Assembly (NCBI GenBank): GCA_050084515.1
Contig: CM114271.1
Location: 22,134,001 to 22,198,000, forward strand
DNA: 64,000 bases
Origin: Blasia pusilla
Taxonomy: Eukaryota
Direction: 5' to 3'
The position numbers were made by a program, and so were the translations under genes. The notes below the pieces were generated by a model, which ran no database searches, had not been told where the DNA came from, and was given only the letters and a program-made list of their open reading frames with translations. This document shows, in pieces, positions 1 to 12,271 of this stretch (positions are counted from its first letter, which is position 1; each line of letters begins with the position of its first letter).

Positions 1-1289
1 AGGCAATTTTTAGGGTTAAATTGTTCAAACCCTAAACCAGCCGCCACACCGGAGGCGGCCGTCGTTGTCATAGTCACCATCAATGGTCAATGGTCAATCA
101 TCACTGTTGACGGTCAATTGTTACCATCAACGGTCTGTCGTCACCATCAACGATCAACCGTGACCGTCAACAGTCCACCGTCCAGCGTTGTTGTCCCCTA
201 GCGCTGCTCAAAGCTGCATTCAGACGTTGTCCACCCTTTGGTTGCCATTGCCGCCATTACAAAGTGGAGGGTCTTCCACGACCACCGTTGATTCTATGAC
301 TTGCGCCGCCTCTACCTACTTTGGTTTGGCCGCCACCGTCATCGCAATTTGGTCATCAACTAGTGATGGCCGGTGACCTCGGATTATGGTGTTTGAGTTT
401 TCATTTCATGTTGCTATGTTGGGATTGGTAGCCGCTCGACGATAATCGAGTACCGTGCGGTGACGCCCGTAGCCGCAACGCGCCGCCAATTTCCGCGCCA
501 TGCCGCATGTGGCCGCACCGCACCGTCTCGATCGCGGAGCTGCTCCTTCACTAAGGTGCAGAGCATGTGAATTGCTGATTCAGGAGGGTATGCCACCAAG
601 TGCCGTGCCCTTTGTAGCCGTTCCGTGCTGCACCGCACCACTGGACCTGCACCGCACATCAAGGAGGTTTGAGCAGCGTCAGTACGAGAGGAGTAAACTT
701 GCTGATTGGAGGAGTTGTCTTCACAACCGAGTTGGGGTGGAGATTTGCAGTTGATGAGGAGCGATATCGACATTATTGTCAAGTTACCCATTATGGTCTC
801 TTAACTTGCAAGTGTGAGGGATTTTTGGATATTGGGAAGTTATTTGGGATATTGGGTTTCGTGTTGATCCTAGTAGCATCGATGACGTATGGTGTTTAGG
901 GGACATAGACGTGCGTGGGATGTCCAGAGTTGAGGATGGTTTATCGATGAGACGATAGATCGGTTGATTTTCCGCACCACGCTACTTATTGCCGCACAAC
1001 ATACGTCTCAATGAGAGAGTGTAGATTGAGTGTCACATGTTTAGTTTGATTACTCACGAGATTGAGAGTGATCGTGTGAGAGGGGCACGAGGGCCATCAC
1101 GGCCTCCTTTCGGGATTTTGAGAGCCAAGGTAGTGGACCTGAGAGTAGCTATGGAGGGTTTACCCGGAGTGGTGCGAGGTTTCGAGGGTCTCCACGTGAG
1201 AGACCACTTGGATCTCCTTCTGTGTTGTCTTCTGACAAGAGTGAGCGTGTAGAGGAGTGTGTTAGTGATCCACCGTACACTTTGAGTGG

Positions 1290-2900
1290 TCCTACCAGTT
1301 GGGCATACGAGATGGAGGACCACGCAGATTTTTGGATGTTGTAGGCACTATAGAGCTACACGACTTGATTGTGGAGTTTAGGAGTTGGTGTGACTTACAA
1401 CGGGCTAGGAACTCTAGCGAGTTCAACCCCGTTTAGAGCATGGAACGGTATGTTCTAGAATTTAGAGGGGGCGCCCATGGACGATTACCATGAGTTCTCC
1501 CACAGATATGCCCATGAGGTTGAGGCATGGCAACTCTACTATGACCCACAATATGTGTCATAGACGGATCGGTTTCCAGATGAGGAGGAGGAGTCAGGAG
1601 AGGCTACTTCCTCTTCCACTAGTGATGTTTTAGGAGGGGTCAGTCGCACAAGAGCAGTTGGACCATCTAGTTGGGTTCGTCCCAAGTTCAACCGCGTGGT
1701 TCAGTTCCTTGTTGAGTTGAGGGCGAGCTACTAGAGGGTACGGACGGAGAAGTTACAGAGCATCCACGACTTCTAGAGGCGTGCGGGTAAGAGTTTGCGT
1801 GAGGTTTACACTCGCTTGCGCCGGTTGATCAACGTCACTCAAGGGTGACGGAGGCTTAGGCTATCCAATCATGGTACGGGATGTTGGACTGTGTGGACAC
1901 GGGTGCGGGAGAGGGTGCTTCTGATGAACACCTCCCCTACTTTGAGAGATGTTCTTAGGACCACCAAGAACATTGAGTGCAACATGGCGGAGGAGAGCGT
2001 AGCTACCATGGGTTCTGGGCGAGAGCAGTCACGATTGTCTGCACCACCTGTTCAGCAACGTGGACTCCGAGATAGGTTGATTGTGGCACCACGAGCTTAG
2101 GGAGGATACTGGGAGGCCATGCCACAGAGACTTGCGCTTTCATATGCGGCTTAGCAGCAGCCATCATCTGGTGGAGCCCATCATCAACGCGATTGCACTC
2201 GTCAGGGTCATGGACGTGTGCCTCAGCATGGAGGAAGAGATGGTGTTGCACTAGGAGGTTATAAGTGTGACTATTTTAAGAGGTATGGTCATACACGCGC
2301 CAGGTATTTCAGTTTACATCCTGAGTTACATCCGGACCGAGGGCCAGAGAGGGCACCAGAGCGAGTTGCTGGTCCGGGTGGGGCCAGAGGTCGTGCACCA
2401 GGTGATCCCGTTGGGGGACAAGGAGATGGAGTTTCCCAATAGGGTGGTGGAGCTGCGCGTGGAGGAGGTAGAGTCCCACCACCTAGACGTGTCGAGGGAG
2501 ACGCCAAGCGTGAGGCTGGGATGGCTGCTGAGATACAGCAGCTACACGAGCAGATTTTGGCTATGGCATTGAGGTTACCCGATGTCGGATCCGTGGCGTT
2601 GACATCATATGGAGCAGCTAGAGACATGGAGGATCCTGGTTGGATGTGCGGGGTTGGCTAAATGGAGGCCGTCGTAGTTGTGACGTGTGGAGCAGCTCCA
2701 AAGTGGGATCCATAGCGAGGGGAAGCCAGGAAACACACTAGGCTTCCTCAGTCTTTCACGTTGTCTGAGGCGATGAGGACCCCATCAATGGGTCTTGATC
2801 AGAGTTCCTGGAGAGTTGGTGATTTTGTTGGTGTGCAGGCATAGAGAGTGATGGCAGAAGCGAGTGCGACTACTCCTATTGCTGATGCTTAGGAGGGGCA
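1290..2900 (+). pseudogene. gag-like region with two degenerate CCHC knuckles (copy 1)
   Basis: Matches gag of copies 2 and 3 (GTIEL..F..EF, LR..F.R..GESLRE..TRLRRLI, CDYF..YGH...YF). Many stops. Boundaries approximate. Confidence 0.7.
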
Positions 2901-3275
2901 TGTGTCCAACAAATTGTTAAGGGCGGCCACCGTTGTGTATCGAACTCCTTTATTTTTTGCTTCCGATGTTACCACGTTGGGAGGTACGCCCGCCGAGGTT
3001 TTTCGGCTGGCCGGTACGCTATGTGAGTGTGGAGTTCGAGTTCCTATATCACGTTCAGAGGTGATTGCAGAGGAGATGATGGACCTGCCCTTGGAGCCGA
3101 TGCTTGGGCCGTCCACGTCAGATTCATGGGAGGCTGAGGCACTGAGCATGTGCAAACCGCGTGGAGCGAGACATTTGCACTAGAGTGTGACGGGTCACAG
3201 GAACCCAAGGTAGGCAGGAGTGCTGCTATGACCCCTTTGGACACCATCTCGATTGTGTGGTGCATCCCACAGAAG

Positions 3276-4240
3276 GGCATTCGGGTGTTGGATCTCTTTG
3301 GAGGGATCAACACTAGGTTAGCTGTTGTTTTGCACGTTGGAGTGCACATTCAGCAGAACCTCTATGTGGAGATTGATGATGTTGCGAGGCGCTTCACTTC
3401 ACCATGTTGAGTTGTTACGCCTCCATTTTCCCGACTTGTTGTTTGCGTCCACCATTCAGGGTTACCAGAGTTCTCTACCAAGGGACATTTCATTGTTGGG
3501 GGTGCAGGACTTGGATCGGGTAGGGACCATAGACTTGGTCATTGCTGGTTGGCCGTGTCAGGGCCAATCGAGTGATGGACGAGGTAGCGGGTTAGCTGAC
3601 ACTCGGTCGAGGTTATTTAGGGAGATGATGCGGATCTTGCGATATTTACAAGTGCATCAGTCTCATTCTCCAACATACATTTTGGAGAATGTGCCAATTT
3701 TGGGCAATTTGAGGTCCTGTGCGGTGACGAGTGCACATCAAGTGCGCGCATGGATCGGCCCAATAGCGTTGTTAGATGCGGCGAGTGTGGGTTCACGAGC
3801 ACAACGCCCGCATCTTTGGTGGACCAACTTGGTACCACATGAGGTATTGCGGAGGGCTTATGCGAGAGTGGAGCGTCCCTTGGTGGATTCTATATTGGAT
3901 CCGGGCCATCGATCACAGGCAGTAAGGCATGATGATCGACCGTCGTTGACTGAGGTCAACAAGATTGGCATGCCACGAGCCGCCTTTCCTTTCACATTGG
4001 TGAGTTTTCCCGCTTCCTATGCATTCAAGGAGGCTGGACCTAGCTTGCTTTGGGATGACTAGGTATAGAGGTTGGTGGAGCCCAATGACGATGAGCGAGA
4101 GCAAGCGATGGGATTCCCCACAAGAGTCACTATCGAAGGTATCACGACGTCATGTCTTGGATCAAGCAATGGACTTGAACTGCTTGACATGGATTTTCAG
4201 CTTGGGAGTAGCTGAGCGACTTCATTTGAGGATGCGATAG
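3276..4240 (+). pseudogene. C5-cytosine DNA methyltransferase domain within pol (copy 1), DNMT3-like motif order
   Basis: Motif I VLDLFGGI, II YVEIDD, IV DLVIAGWPCQG (catalytic PC intact), VI YILENV, VIII RAQRPHLWWTNL, IX EREQAMGFP, X SRRHVLDQAMD. Frameshift near 3400 and stop at 4060. Confidence 0.92.
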
Positions 4241-4619
4241 ATCACAAAAGTTACGTTGGTGAGCCCCATGCCTACCAATACGGTTGAGGCAATGGCTGGG
4301 GGCGAGACCCGAGGAGATTGACACACCATGGGTGATCGGGAGAGACACCCTTGGACTTCTTGAGATGTTTTGCAGGTATGCCAGGAGATGATAGCCACAA
4401 CATCAAGCGTGGTTCGGAGTACCGCACGTGGAGAGGGGAGTTCTATTGTCTGAGACGGGGTTGCATCATAGCAACCACCGACATCCGCGCCGAAGAGTCC
4501 TATCGTAATCACGAAGGAGACTTGGGATCCAGATATGGGCCCTAAGTTGACGAGAGGAGAGCGGCGTCGAATATACCAATTCCTTAGAAGTTATAGGAGT
4601 TGTTGTGCATTTAGTATGC

Positions 4620-5900
4620 ATGATTTGGGTACACTAAAGGGTCTAGGGATCCGCATTGAGTTGTTGAGTGACACGCCGATATTCTAATGACCCTAAGGTA
4701 TAGTGACATGGAGAGGACTCTGATTCATAGTAGGAGCCAAGACTTGGTTGGATCAAGACTAGTGAAGATGTTGCATGGAGAGTATGCATCTGCCACTGTC
4801 ATGCCCGCTAAGAAGGATGTGCATGGCAATTCAACGGATAGGCGAATGTGTGGAGATTACCGACCTTTCAATCGGCAGACAAAGGCCGATAGGTATGCCA
4901 TGCCCAGCCCTGAGGAGATCTTTGATGTTATTCGGCATGCAAAGGTCTTCAGTTCCTTGGATTTGCAAGCCGGATACCATCAACTGCCTATCAGATTTGA
5001 GGGCAGGCAGAAGACGGCATTTTGGGGCATCGATCCTCACAGGAAGGATTGTTTGTACCAGTGGCGGTTCTTACCATTCGGGTTAAAAGAACGCCCCGAT
5101 TGAGTTTCAGAGGGTCATGGATAGGATCTTGGCAGGTCTGGATTTTGCTAGGTGTTATATTGATGACATCGTAATCTTTAGCGCCAAGGTTGAGGAGCAT
5201 GAGCGACATCTAGAGGAGGTATTTCGACAATTGCAGTTACATGGGCTGAAGCTAAATCCAAGAAAATTCAAGTTCTTCTACGACCAGATTGAGTACTTGG
5301 ATCATACGATATACCTTGGGAGCCTTGGTGTGCAACATACAAAGGTAGAGGCTATTTCACACATTCCACGCCCTACAAATGTGAGTCGAGTTCGTGCATT
5401 CATGGGATTGGCAAACTTCTATCGACTATAGTCAAAGGTTTCAGTTTGATTGCGAAGCCGCTAACCTTGATGACCAAGGTGGATCAAGAGTGGCACTAGG
5501 GGATGAGCAAGAGAGAGCATTTCAAATGCTCAAGGACACATTGACGTCCGCGCCCATATTGAGGAGCCCGATCAAGGGTCGTCCTTTCCAGTTGCATACC
5601 GATTGGAGCATGTTGGGGCTTTGAGCCGTGCTCACCCAGCATGACGATAATGGTAGAGAGTTTGTGGTGGCTTATGCTAGTCACTTGAAAAACGCTGTAG
5701 AGATGAAGTATAGCTTGTATCAGGGTGAGTGCTTGGCTGCAATGTGGGTTGTCGTACATTTCAGATGTTATCAATTCGGCAATCACTTTACCATCATTAC
5801 TGACCATCAGCCACTTAAGTGGTTGATGCAGTCCAACAAGCTTACGGGGAAGCTTACAAGGTGGGCCCTTTTGTTGTAGGAGTATGACTTCCAGGTGGTG
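4620..5900 (+). pseudogene. Ty3/Gypsy reverse transcriptase and RNase H (copy 1)
   Basis: RRMCGDYRPFN, LDLQAGYHQ, KTAFW, LPFGLK, CYIDDIVIFS, FQLHTDWS, VAYAS, TDHQPLKWL. Frameshifted. Confidence 0.93.
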
Positions 5901-6239
5901 CATACACCTGGGACGCAGATGGTTTGAGCCGTAACCCATGCCTGAGTCAGCGAGATGCAACTAGAGCTCCTTGGCATGGTGAGAGTGATGAGGAGTTGGT
6001 GCCAGGATGGCATGTGTCAACCTATTTGGGCTTGTAAGTTATGGAGAGCGAGATTGCGGAAACTTTGATGGCGAGGTCTGATGGAGAGTCCTTAGAGGCC
6101 GGTAAGGAGACGACACGTGGCCGAGACATTCACGACGATGGAGTGGTCTTGGAGTACCTGCGTACTGACAACGTCGCAAGCACAGTGGATTCTAGAGAAC
6201 GGGATCGGATCCTACAAGGAGCCAGACGGTTCCGGTGGG

Positions 6240-7367
6240 AGGACACACATGTGTTGCAAGTGTGGGAGGATGGTAGAGTGCGTGTAGTGCCTCATCCTTC
6301 GTATCCTCCCACCAGAACCAAAGGCCTTAGACACTCCAACTCCACAGTTGCATCCACTTCCGATCATGGGTTTAGGTTATAGATGGTCAAGCACTTCTAG
6401 AAATGGATAGAGTTGGTTGCATTTCCTGACAAAGCAAGTGAGGGAGTTTCGTATGCCTTCCTAGATCGAGTGTTGAGTCATTACATCACACCAACTTGAG
6501 GTGTTGACAGACCAAGGTACAAAGTTCCACGTGGAGTTTCAGGCCTTGTGTGATCAGGCACTGATGGACCACCGCACTACTTCGCGAGATCATCCTGAGG
6601 CGGATGGACTAGCGGAGCGGGTTGTGCAGACAGTGAAGAGAGGACTACGCAAGTGTGGCTTGTAGCGAGGTTACCTCGGAGATTGGGACCTTCAGTTGCC
6701 GTGGTTGGCGATGGGATACAGATTCAGCAGGCAAGCATCCTTAGCGTCTTTCTCACCGTACTTGTTGCTTTATGGCCAAGAGCCAGATTTACCAGCGGCC
6801 ATTTGTCGAGATACTAGTGAGGTGTTGAAGCTTGATGACTCTGATGTATGGATGCGAGCATGTTCTGAGAGGGCTGAGTTGTTTCGGAGAGTGATGCCCA
6901 TGGCGTTTGAGAACTTGGCAATTGCGCAACACCAGGATACGTTGAGGTATGCGACTATTCAGGGAGGTGGTTATCAGCCTACTATCCGCGGGTTTCATCA
7001 GGGAGACTATGTCTACTTGCAGCAGACGGAACCCACAACCTTGGATGTGATTGCAGGGCACACCATCTTGAGAGTGCGTGAGGTTTTGCCATTCGATGTT
7101 CTCTTATTGGAGGGACGCGATGGTATGGTTTGGAAGGACCATGTGCGTAATTGTGCATCATGTCATCTTTCGAACATTGAGGTTATAGTTGATCCGAGCT
7201 TAGCAATAGTTCTTGCAGGATTGCGGTGTATGTTGTGTGGTTTCGCCTGTGGTGCAGCTACTATGCTAGTCTATGATGGGTGTTCGAGAGGATGGCATAT
7301 GACATGTTTGACGCCAACTCTCACTAGGGTTCCTTAGGGACGATGGATGTGTCCCAGATGTACATAG
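6240..7367 (+). pseudogene. DDE integrase remnant with C-terminal PHD finger (copy 1)
   Basis: TDQGTKF, HPEADGLAERVVQTVKRGL, SPYLLLYG. PHD CMLC...(C>Y)DGCSRGWHMTC...WMCPRC at 7227-7361. The HHCC part is deleted relative to copy 4. Confidence 0.88.
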
Positions 7368-7530
7368 AGTAGGTAGTTCCGACTTCTACATTCTGAATTG
7401 TGTCAAGAAGGCGACTAACGATGGGGCCACATGAGCACCCGACCTTCTTGCTCTTAGCGTCCGAGAGATGTATATCATGGTAGGTAGGGATAGATGGTTA
7501 TCTGGAGTTAGCGGGACCTAACCACCAACT

Positions 7531-7540
7531 AGGGGGGCGA
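7531..7540 (+). promoter_or_regulatory. Polypurine tract, copy 1
   Basis: AGGGGGGCGA directly before repeat B1. Equivalent tracts at about 25920-25928 and, on the minus strand, about 34055-34065. Confidence 0.8.
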
Positions 7541-8314
7541 TTGGAGATATTTTGGTACTTCTTGTCTCATTGTTTGGATGCCATGAGTTACCATGGGATT
7601 GTGTGTGTTTGTGTGTGTGTTCGGTGACAGCGATGTATGTTGTGTAGCGATGTGTGTACGCACGACAACTGTCACGTCTTTTAGGATAGATGGGTGAGAT
7701 CTAGTAGAGTGCGCTTGTGAGTAATGGAAGACGTGCTCAGTAGGTTGAGGATGACTTGTTGAGGCCCCGAGAAACCTGAGCGAGCAGGTTTCCCCTTCGT
7801 TTCGGCTGATTTGGAGCCATATTGAGGAACTTACTATTTTAGGTAAGTTCCATTTTGAGTATATGAACGACTTGATATTTTTGGTAAGTGACCCTTGACC
7901 TTCTACATCAGGTCAAGAGCCAAGGAGGTGACTTGAGAGCGTAGGTTACCATGGAGAGAGCTTGGGAGAGGGGAGGGGTATACCTCAAGGAGAGAGAGCT
8001 TGAGAGCTCATTCTCTCTTTGTTGAACCTCTTGGCATGAGGCAGCGGAGCTATGGTCTTGCTTGCCTTGTGTGTGTAATCCAAGCCTCATATTAGGAGAG
8101 TGGGTTTAGTTTGACATTGACAGACAAATGTGATAATGCACACATATGAGAACTATAGTGTTGTGAGAGAGATTTGATCTTATTTTATTCGAGATATTTT
8201 GGTACTTCTTCTCTTGTTGTTTGGATGCCATGAGTTAGCATGGGATCGTGCGTGTTTGTGTGTGTGTTCGTTGACAGTGATGTATGTTGTGTAGCGATGT
8301 GTGTGCGCACGACA
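7541..8314 (+). repeat. Split terminal repeat of copy 1: B1 (7541-7667), AC, A2 (7670-8187), B2 (8188-8314)
   Basis: B1 and B2 are 127-bp direct repeats (TTsGAGATATTTTGGTAC...GCACGACA). A2 starts TGTCACGTC and is homologous to 21538-22046 (minus) and 26059-26567. Confidence 0.92.
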
Positions 8315-8499
8315 TGCACGTACTCCAAGACCACTCCATCGTCGTGAATGTCTCAACCACTTGTCATCTCCTCACCGGCCTCTGGATCTAAGGACTCTCC
8401 ATCAGACCTCGCTATCGAAGTCTCAATAATCTGGCTCTCCATAGCCAACAAGCCCAAATAGGCTGAGGCATGCCATCTTGGCACCAACTCCTCATCACT

Positions 8500-9900
8500 C
8501 TCTCCATACCAACGAGCTCCAATCACATCTCGCTGACTCGGGCACGGGTTACGGCTCAAAATATCTGCATCTTGGTTGAACGTCCTAGATCTATGCACCA
8601 CTTGGAAGTCATACTCCTACAACAAAAGAGCCCATCTCACAAGCTTCCCTGTAAGCTTGTCGGACTCCATCAACCAATGGTTGATGATCAGTAATGATGG
8701 TAAAGGGGTTGCCGAATAAATAACACCTCAAATGTGCAACAACCCACGGTGCAACCAAACACTCACTCTCATACGAGCTATACTTTGTCTTTGCAGCGTT
8801 GTTTGAGCGACTAGCGTAAGCCACCATGAACTCTCTACCATCATCGTCATGCTTGATTAGCACAGCTCCAAGCCCCAACATGTTCCAATCGGTATGCAAT
8901 TGGAAATGACGTCCCTTGATTGGTCTCCTCAATATGGGCGCGGACGTCAATCTGTCCTTGAGAAACTCAAATGCTCTCTCTTGCTCATCTGCCCAATGCC
9001 AATCCGGATCCACCTTGGTCAGCAAGATTAGCGGCTTCGGAATCGAAGTGAAACCCTTGACATACCGTCGATAGAAGTTTGCCAATCCCATGAATGCATG
9101 AACTCGACTCACATTTATAGGGCGTGAAATGCGTGAAATAGCCTCTACCTTTGTCTGCTCCACACCAAGGCCACCTTGGTATATCGAATGACCTAGGGAC
9201 TCAATCTCGTCGTAGAAGAACTTGCACTTGCCTAGATGTAGCTTTAGCCCATGTAACTACAATCGTCGAAACACCTCCTCTAGATGTCGCTCATGCTCCT
9301 CAACCGTGGCGCTAAAGACTACGATGTCATCAATATACCTAGCAACATCCAGACCTGCCAAGATCCTATCTATGACCCTCTAAAACTGAGCCGGGGTGTT
9401 CTTTAACCCAAATGGTAAGAACCACCTGTGGTACAAACAATCCTTCCCGTGAGGATCGATGCCCCAAAATGCCATCTTCTGCCTATCCTCCAATCTAATA
9501 GGCAGCTAATGGTATATATCCGGCTCGAAGATCTAACAAACTGAAGACCTTTGCATGCCCAATAGCATCAAAGATCTCCTTAGGGGTGGGCATGGCATAC
9601 CTATCGGACTTTGTCTACCGATTGATAGGTCGGTAATCTCCACACATCCCCCTATCTATCTAGTTTCCATGCACATTCTTCTTGGCCGACATGATAGTGG
9701 CAAATGCATACTCTCCATTCGAGATCTCCACTATCTTGCTCCAACCAAGTCCTGGCTCCTACTCTGAATCAAAGCCCTCTCCATGTCACTATATTTGTAA
9801 GGTTGTGGAAAGAACGGCGTATCGCTCGACAACTCAATGCGGATCCCTGGACCCTTCAGCATACCCAAATCATGAATACTAAATGCAAAACAACTCCTAT
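8500..9900 (-). pseudogene. RT and RNase H (copy 2)
   Basis: ORF 8609-9163 FMGLANFYRRYVKGF, FQLHTDWN, VAYASRS, TDHQPL. YIDD near 9325-9337. Confidence 0.9.
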
Positions 9901-10289
9901 AACTCCTAAGGAACTAGTGTATCCGACACCGTCTCCTCTTGTTAACTTAGGGCCCATATGTGGCTCCCAAGTCTCCATTGAGACTACGGTAGGACTCTCC
10001 GGTTTGGATGTTGGTGGTTGCTATGGTGCAACCCCATCTCGGACAATAGAACTCGACTGCTCCCCTGCAACCAACTACAAACTTTGATCTTCACGTGTAG
10101 TACACGCAACGACACCTCAATGTTGTGGCTATCATCTCATGGCCTACCTGCAAAACATCCCAAGAAGTCCAAGGGTGTCTCTTTCGATCACCCCTCGTGT
10201 GTTGATCTCCTTGGGTCTTGCCCCCAGCCACTACCTCAATCGTCTTGGTAGGCATGGGGCTCACCAACGCAACAATTGTAATCTGTCGC

Positions 10290-11270
10290 AACCTCAAACA
10301 ACATTGCTCAGCTACTCCTAAGCTGAAAATCCATGTCAAGTAGTTCATGTCCATCGCTTGACCCAAGACATGACATCGTGATACCTCTGATAGTGACGGT
10401 ACTTCCGTCACTCCTATGGGGAATCCCATCGCTTGCTCTTGCTCATCAGCGTTGGGCTCCACCAACCGCTGTATTTGGTCATCCCAAACCAAGCCAGGTC
10501 CGGCCTCCTTGAATTCATAGGAAGTGAGAAAACTCATCAATGTGGAAAAGGCTGCTCATGGCATGCCTATCCTATGGACCACAATCAATAGTGGTCGATC
10601 ATCGTGCCTCATTGCCTCGGATCAACGATCTGGATCCAGAATAGAATCCACCAACGAATCGGAGGGGCGCTCCACTCTCGCATACGCCCTCCGCAAAACC
10701 TCATATGGCACCAAATTGCTCCACCAAAGACGCATGCGATGTGCTCATGAACCTACACTCGCGGCATCTAGCAACACTATGGGGCTGATCCATGCATGCA
10801 CCTGATGTGCACTGGTCACCACGCGGGATCTTATATCGCCCAAAATCGACACATTCTCCAGAATGTATGCTGGAGAACGAGATTGATGCTCTTGTAAATG
10901 TCGCAAGATCCGCATCATCTCCCAAAATAACATGGACCGAGAGTCAGCTAACCCGCTATCCCGTCCAACACTCGACTGGCCGTGACACAGCCAACCAGCA
11001 ATGACCAAATCTATGGTCTCTACCCGCTCCAAGTCTTGTGCCCCCAGCAATGAAATGTTCCTCGGTAGGGAAATCTAATACCCCTGGATGGCATACGCAG
11101 AAAAAAAGTTGAGAAACCCAAGACGTAACTGCGCAAAATGGTGAAGTGAAGCATGCCTTGCAATATCATCAATCTCAACGTTTATACCACTGCACACGCA
11201 CTCTTGCCTGCAAAACAACAGCTAAATCAGTGTTGATCCCTCCAAAGAGATCGAGAACGCGTATACCCTC
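10290..11270 (-). pseudogene. C5 DNA methyltransferase domain (copy 2)
   Basis: VLDLFGGI near 11235-11260. DLVIAGWLCHG (PC mutated to LC), YILENV, LLDAASVGS, EQAMGFPIGVT, SRCHVLGQAMD. Confidence 0.9.
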
Positions 11271-11443
11271 CTCTGGGATGCATCATTCAATCGGGTGGTG
11301 TCCATAGGGATCATAGTAGCACTCTTGGCTACTTTAGGTTTCTCTGACCCATCACGCTCTAGTGCAAACATCTCACTCCACACAGTCTACACATGGTCAG
11401 CGGTTTAGTGCAAAGCAACTTACTCGAGCTCCACAATGGCACC

Positions 11444-11755
11444 TATGAAGATTGACTTATAATCAAGCTCATGAGACACCTGAATTGCTACATTTTACTC
11501 ACACGAAGTAGGGAAGATTAATCTTGGTTAGTCACTTAAGCACGATTATCTTAACTAGGGTTAGTTAATCACAATTAGTCTAACTCGAGACTATGGTTAA
11601 GGTTAGGGTTATGTTTGCTTGTACATACCCTACATAATTGAGAAGGGGATGAGTCTCCACTCATTATCTCATTGCAAATTTGTTCTCCATGATGGTGTGT
11701 GTGTGTGTGTGTGAGCCGTTTCCCACCAATTATGCTTCTTTAGCAGTTTTCCACA
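11444..11755 (+). repeat. Copia 5' LTR
   Basis: Direct repeat of 16899-17210, followed by the PBS. Confidence 0.93.
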
Positions 11756-12271
11756 TGGTATCGGAACGATAGGAGAACATCACTTGAAATTCTTGGTGTT
11801 TGAGGAGAGAAGAAAGGCAACAGAAGGCACAATTTCAGTTTGGGAGAAGGAAATTTGGTTCAGAACTCAGTAGGTGCAGATTTCAGGTAGAGCTTTAACA
11901 GTGATAAAACTTTGGAGGTATTTTTTAGGGCTTCCAAGTCGATTAAGTTATCTGGGTCCGCGGTAGCTAGAACGATGCTAAAGGCTTCTTATAGACTTCT
12001 TGTAGAGCTCTTAAAGAGCTTTCCAACACATCCAAAATCGCTCAATTCTGACATTCTGAGCTCCTGCAATAGCAATTTTAGTGTAGGAAAGTGCAATTAG
12101 TGAAGAATAGTTGTGTTGTTTGCTCTGTACATGCCAATTTCGACTAGTTCTTTCATATATTTGATCAATTTTGGAAAATTTCATATCGATTTCTGTGTAG
12201 GAGTGATCTATGCTTCAATTGGAGCAGTAGGAGAGCTTGAAATTATATTTTTGTGAGTGAAATAGTTCGTT

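Larger units (their letters stand above)
1..8314 (+). mobile_element. Ty3/Gypsy retrotransposon with DNMT and PHD, family I copy 1 (5' end lies upstream of the window; degenerate)
   Basis: Colinear gag, DNMT, RT (MCGDYR, YIDD), RNase H, integrase and PHD remnants. PPT at 7531-7540, then B1-AC-A2-B2 repeats ending ...GCACGACA at 8314, abutting copy 2 sequence. Confidence 0.93.

Noticed and set aside
8-36. Telomere-like TTTAGGG / CCCTAAA pair
   Set aside because: Single inverted units within a retroelement leader, not an array; no evidence of a telomere.
3325-4062. Host DNMT3/DRM gene or bacterial restriction-modification contamination
   Set aside because: Intronless, at the same pol position in three retroelement copies, with no host regulatory domains or cognate nuclease.
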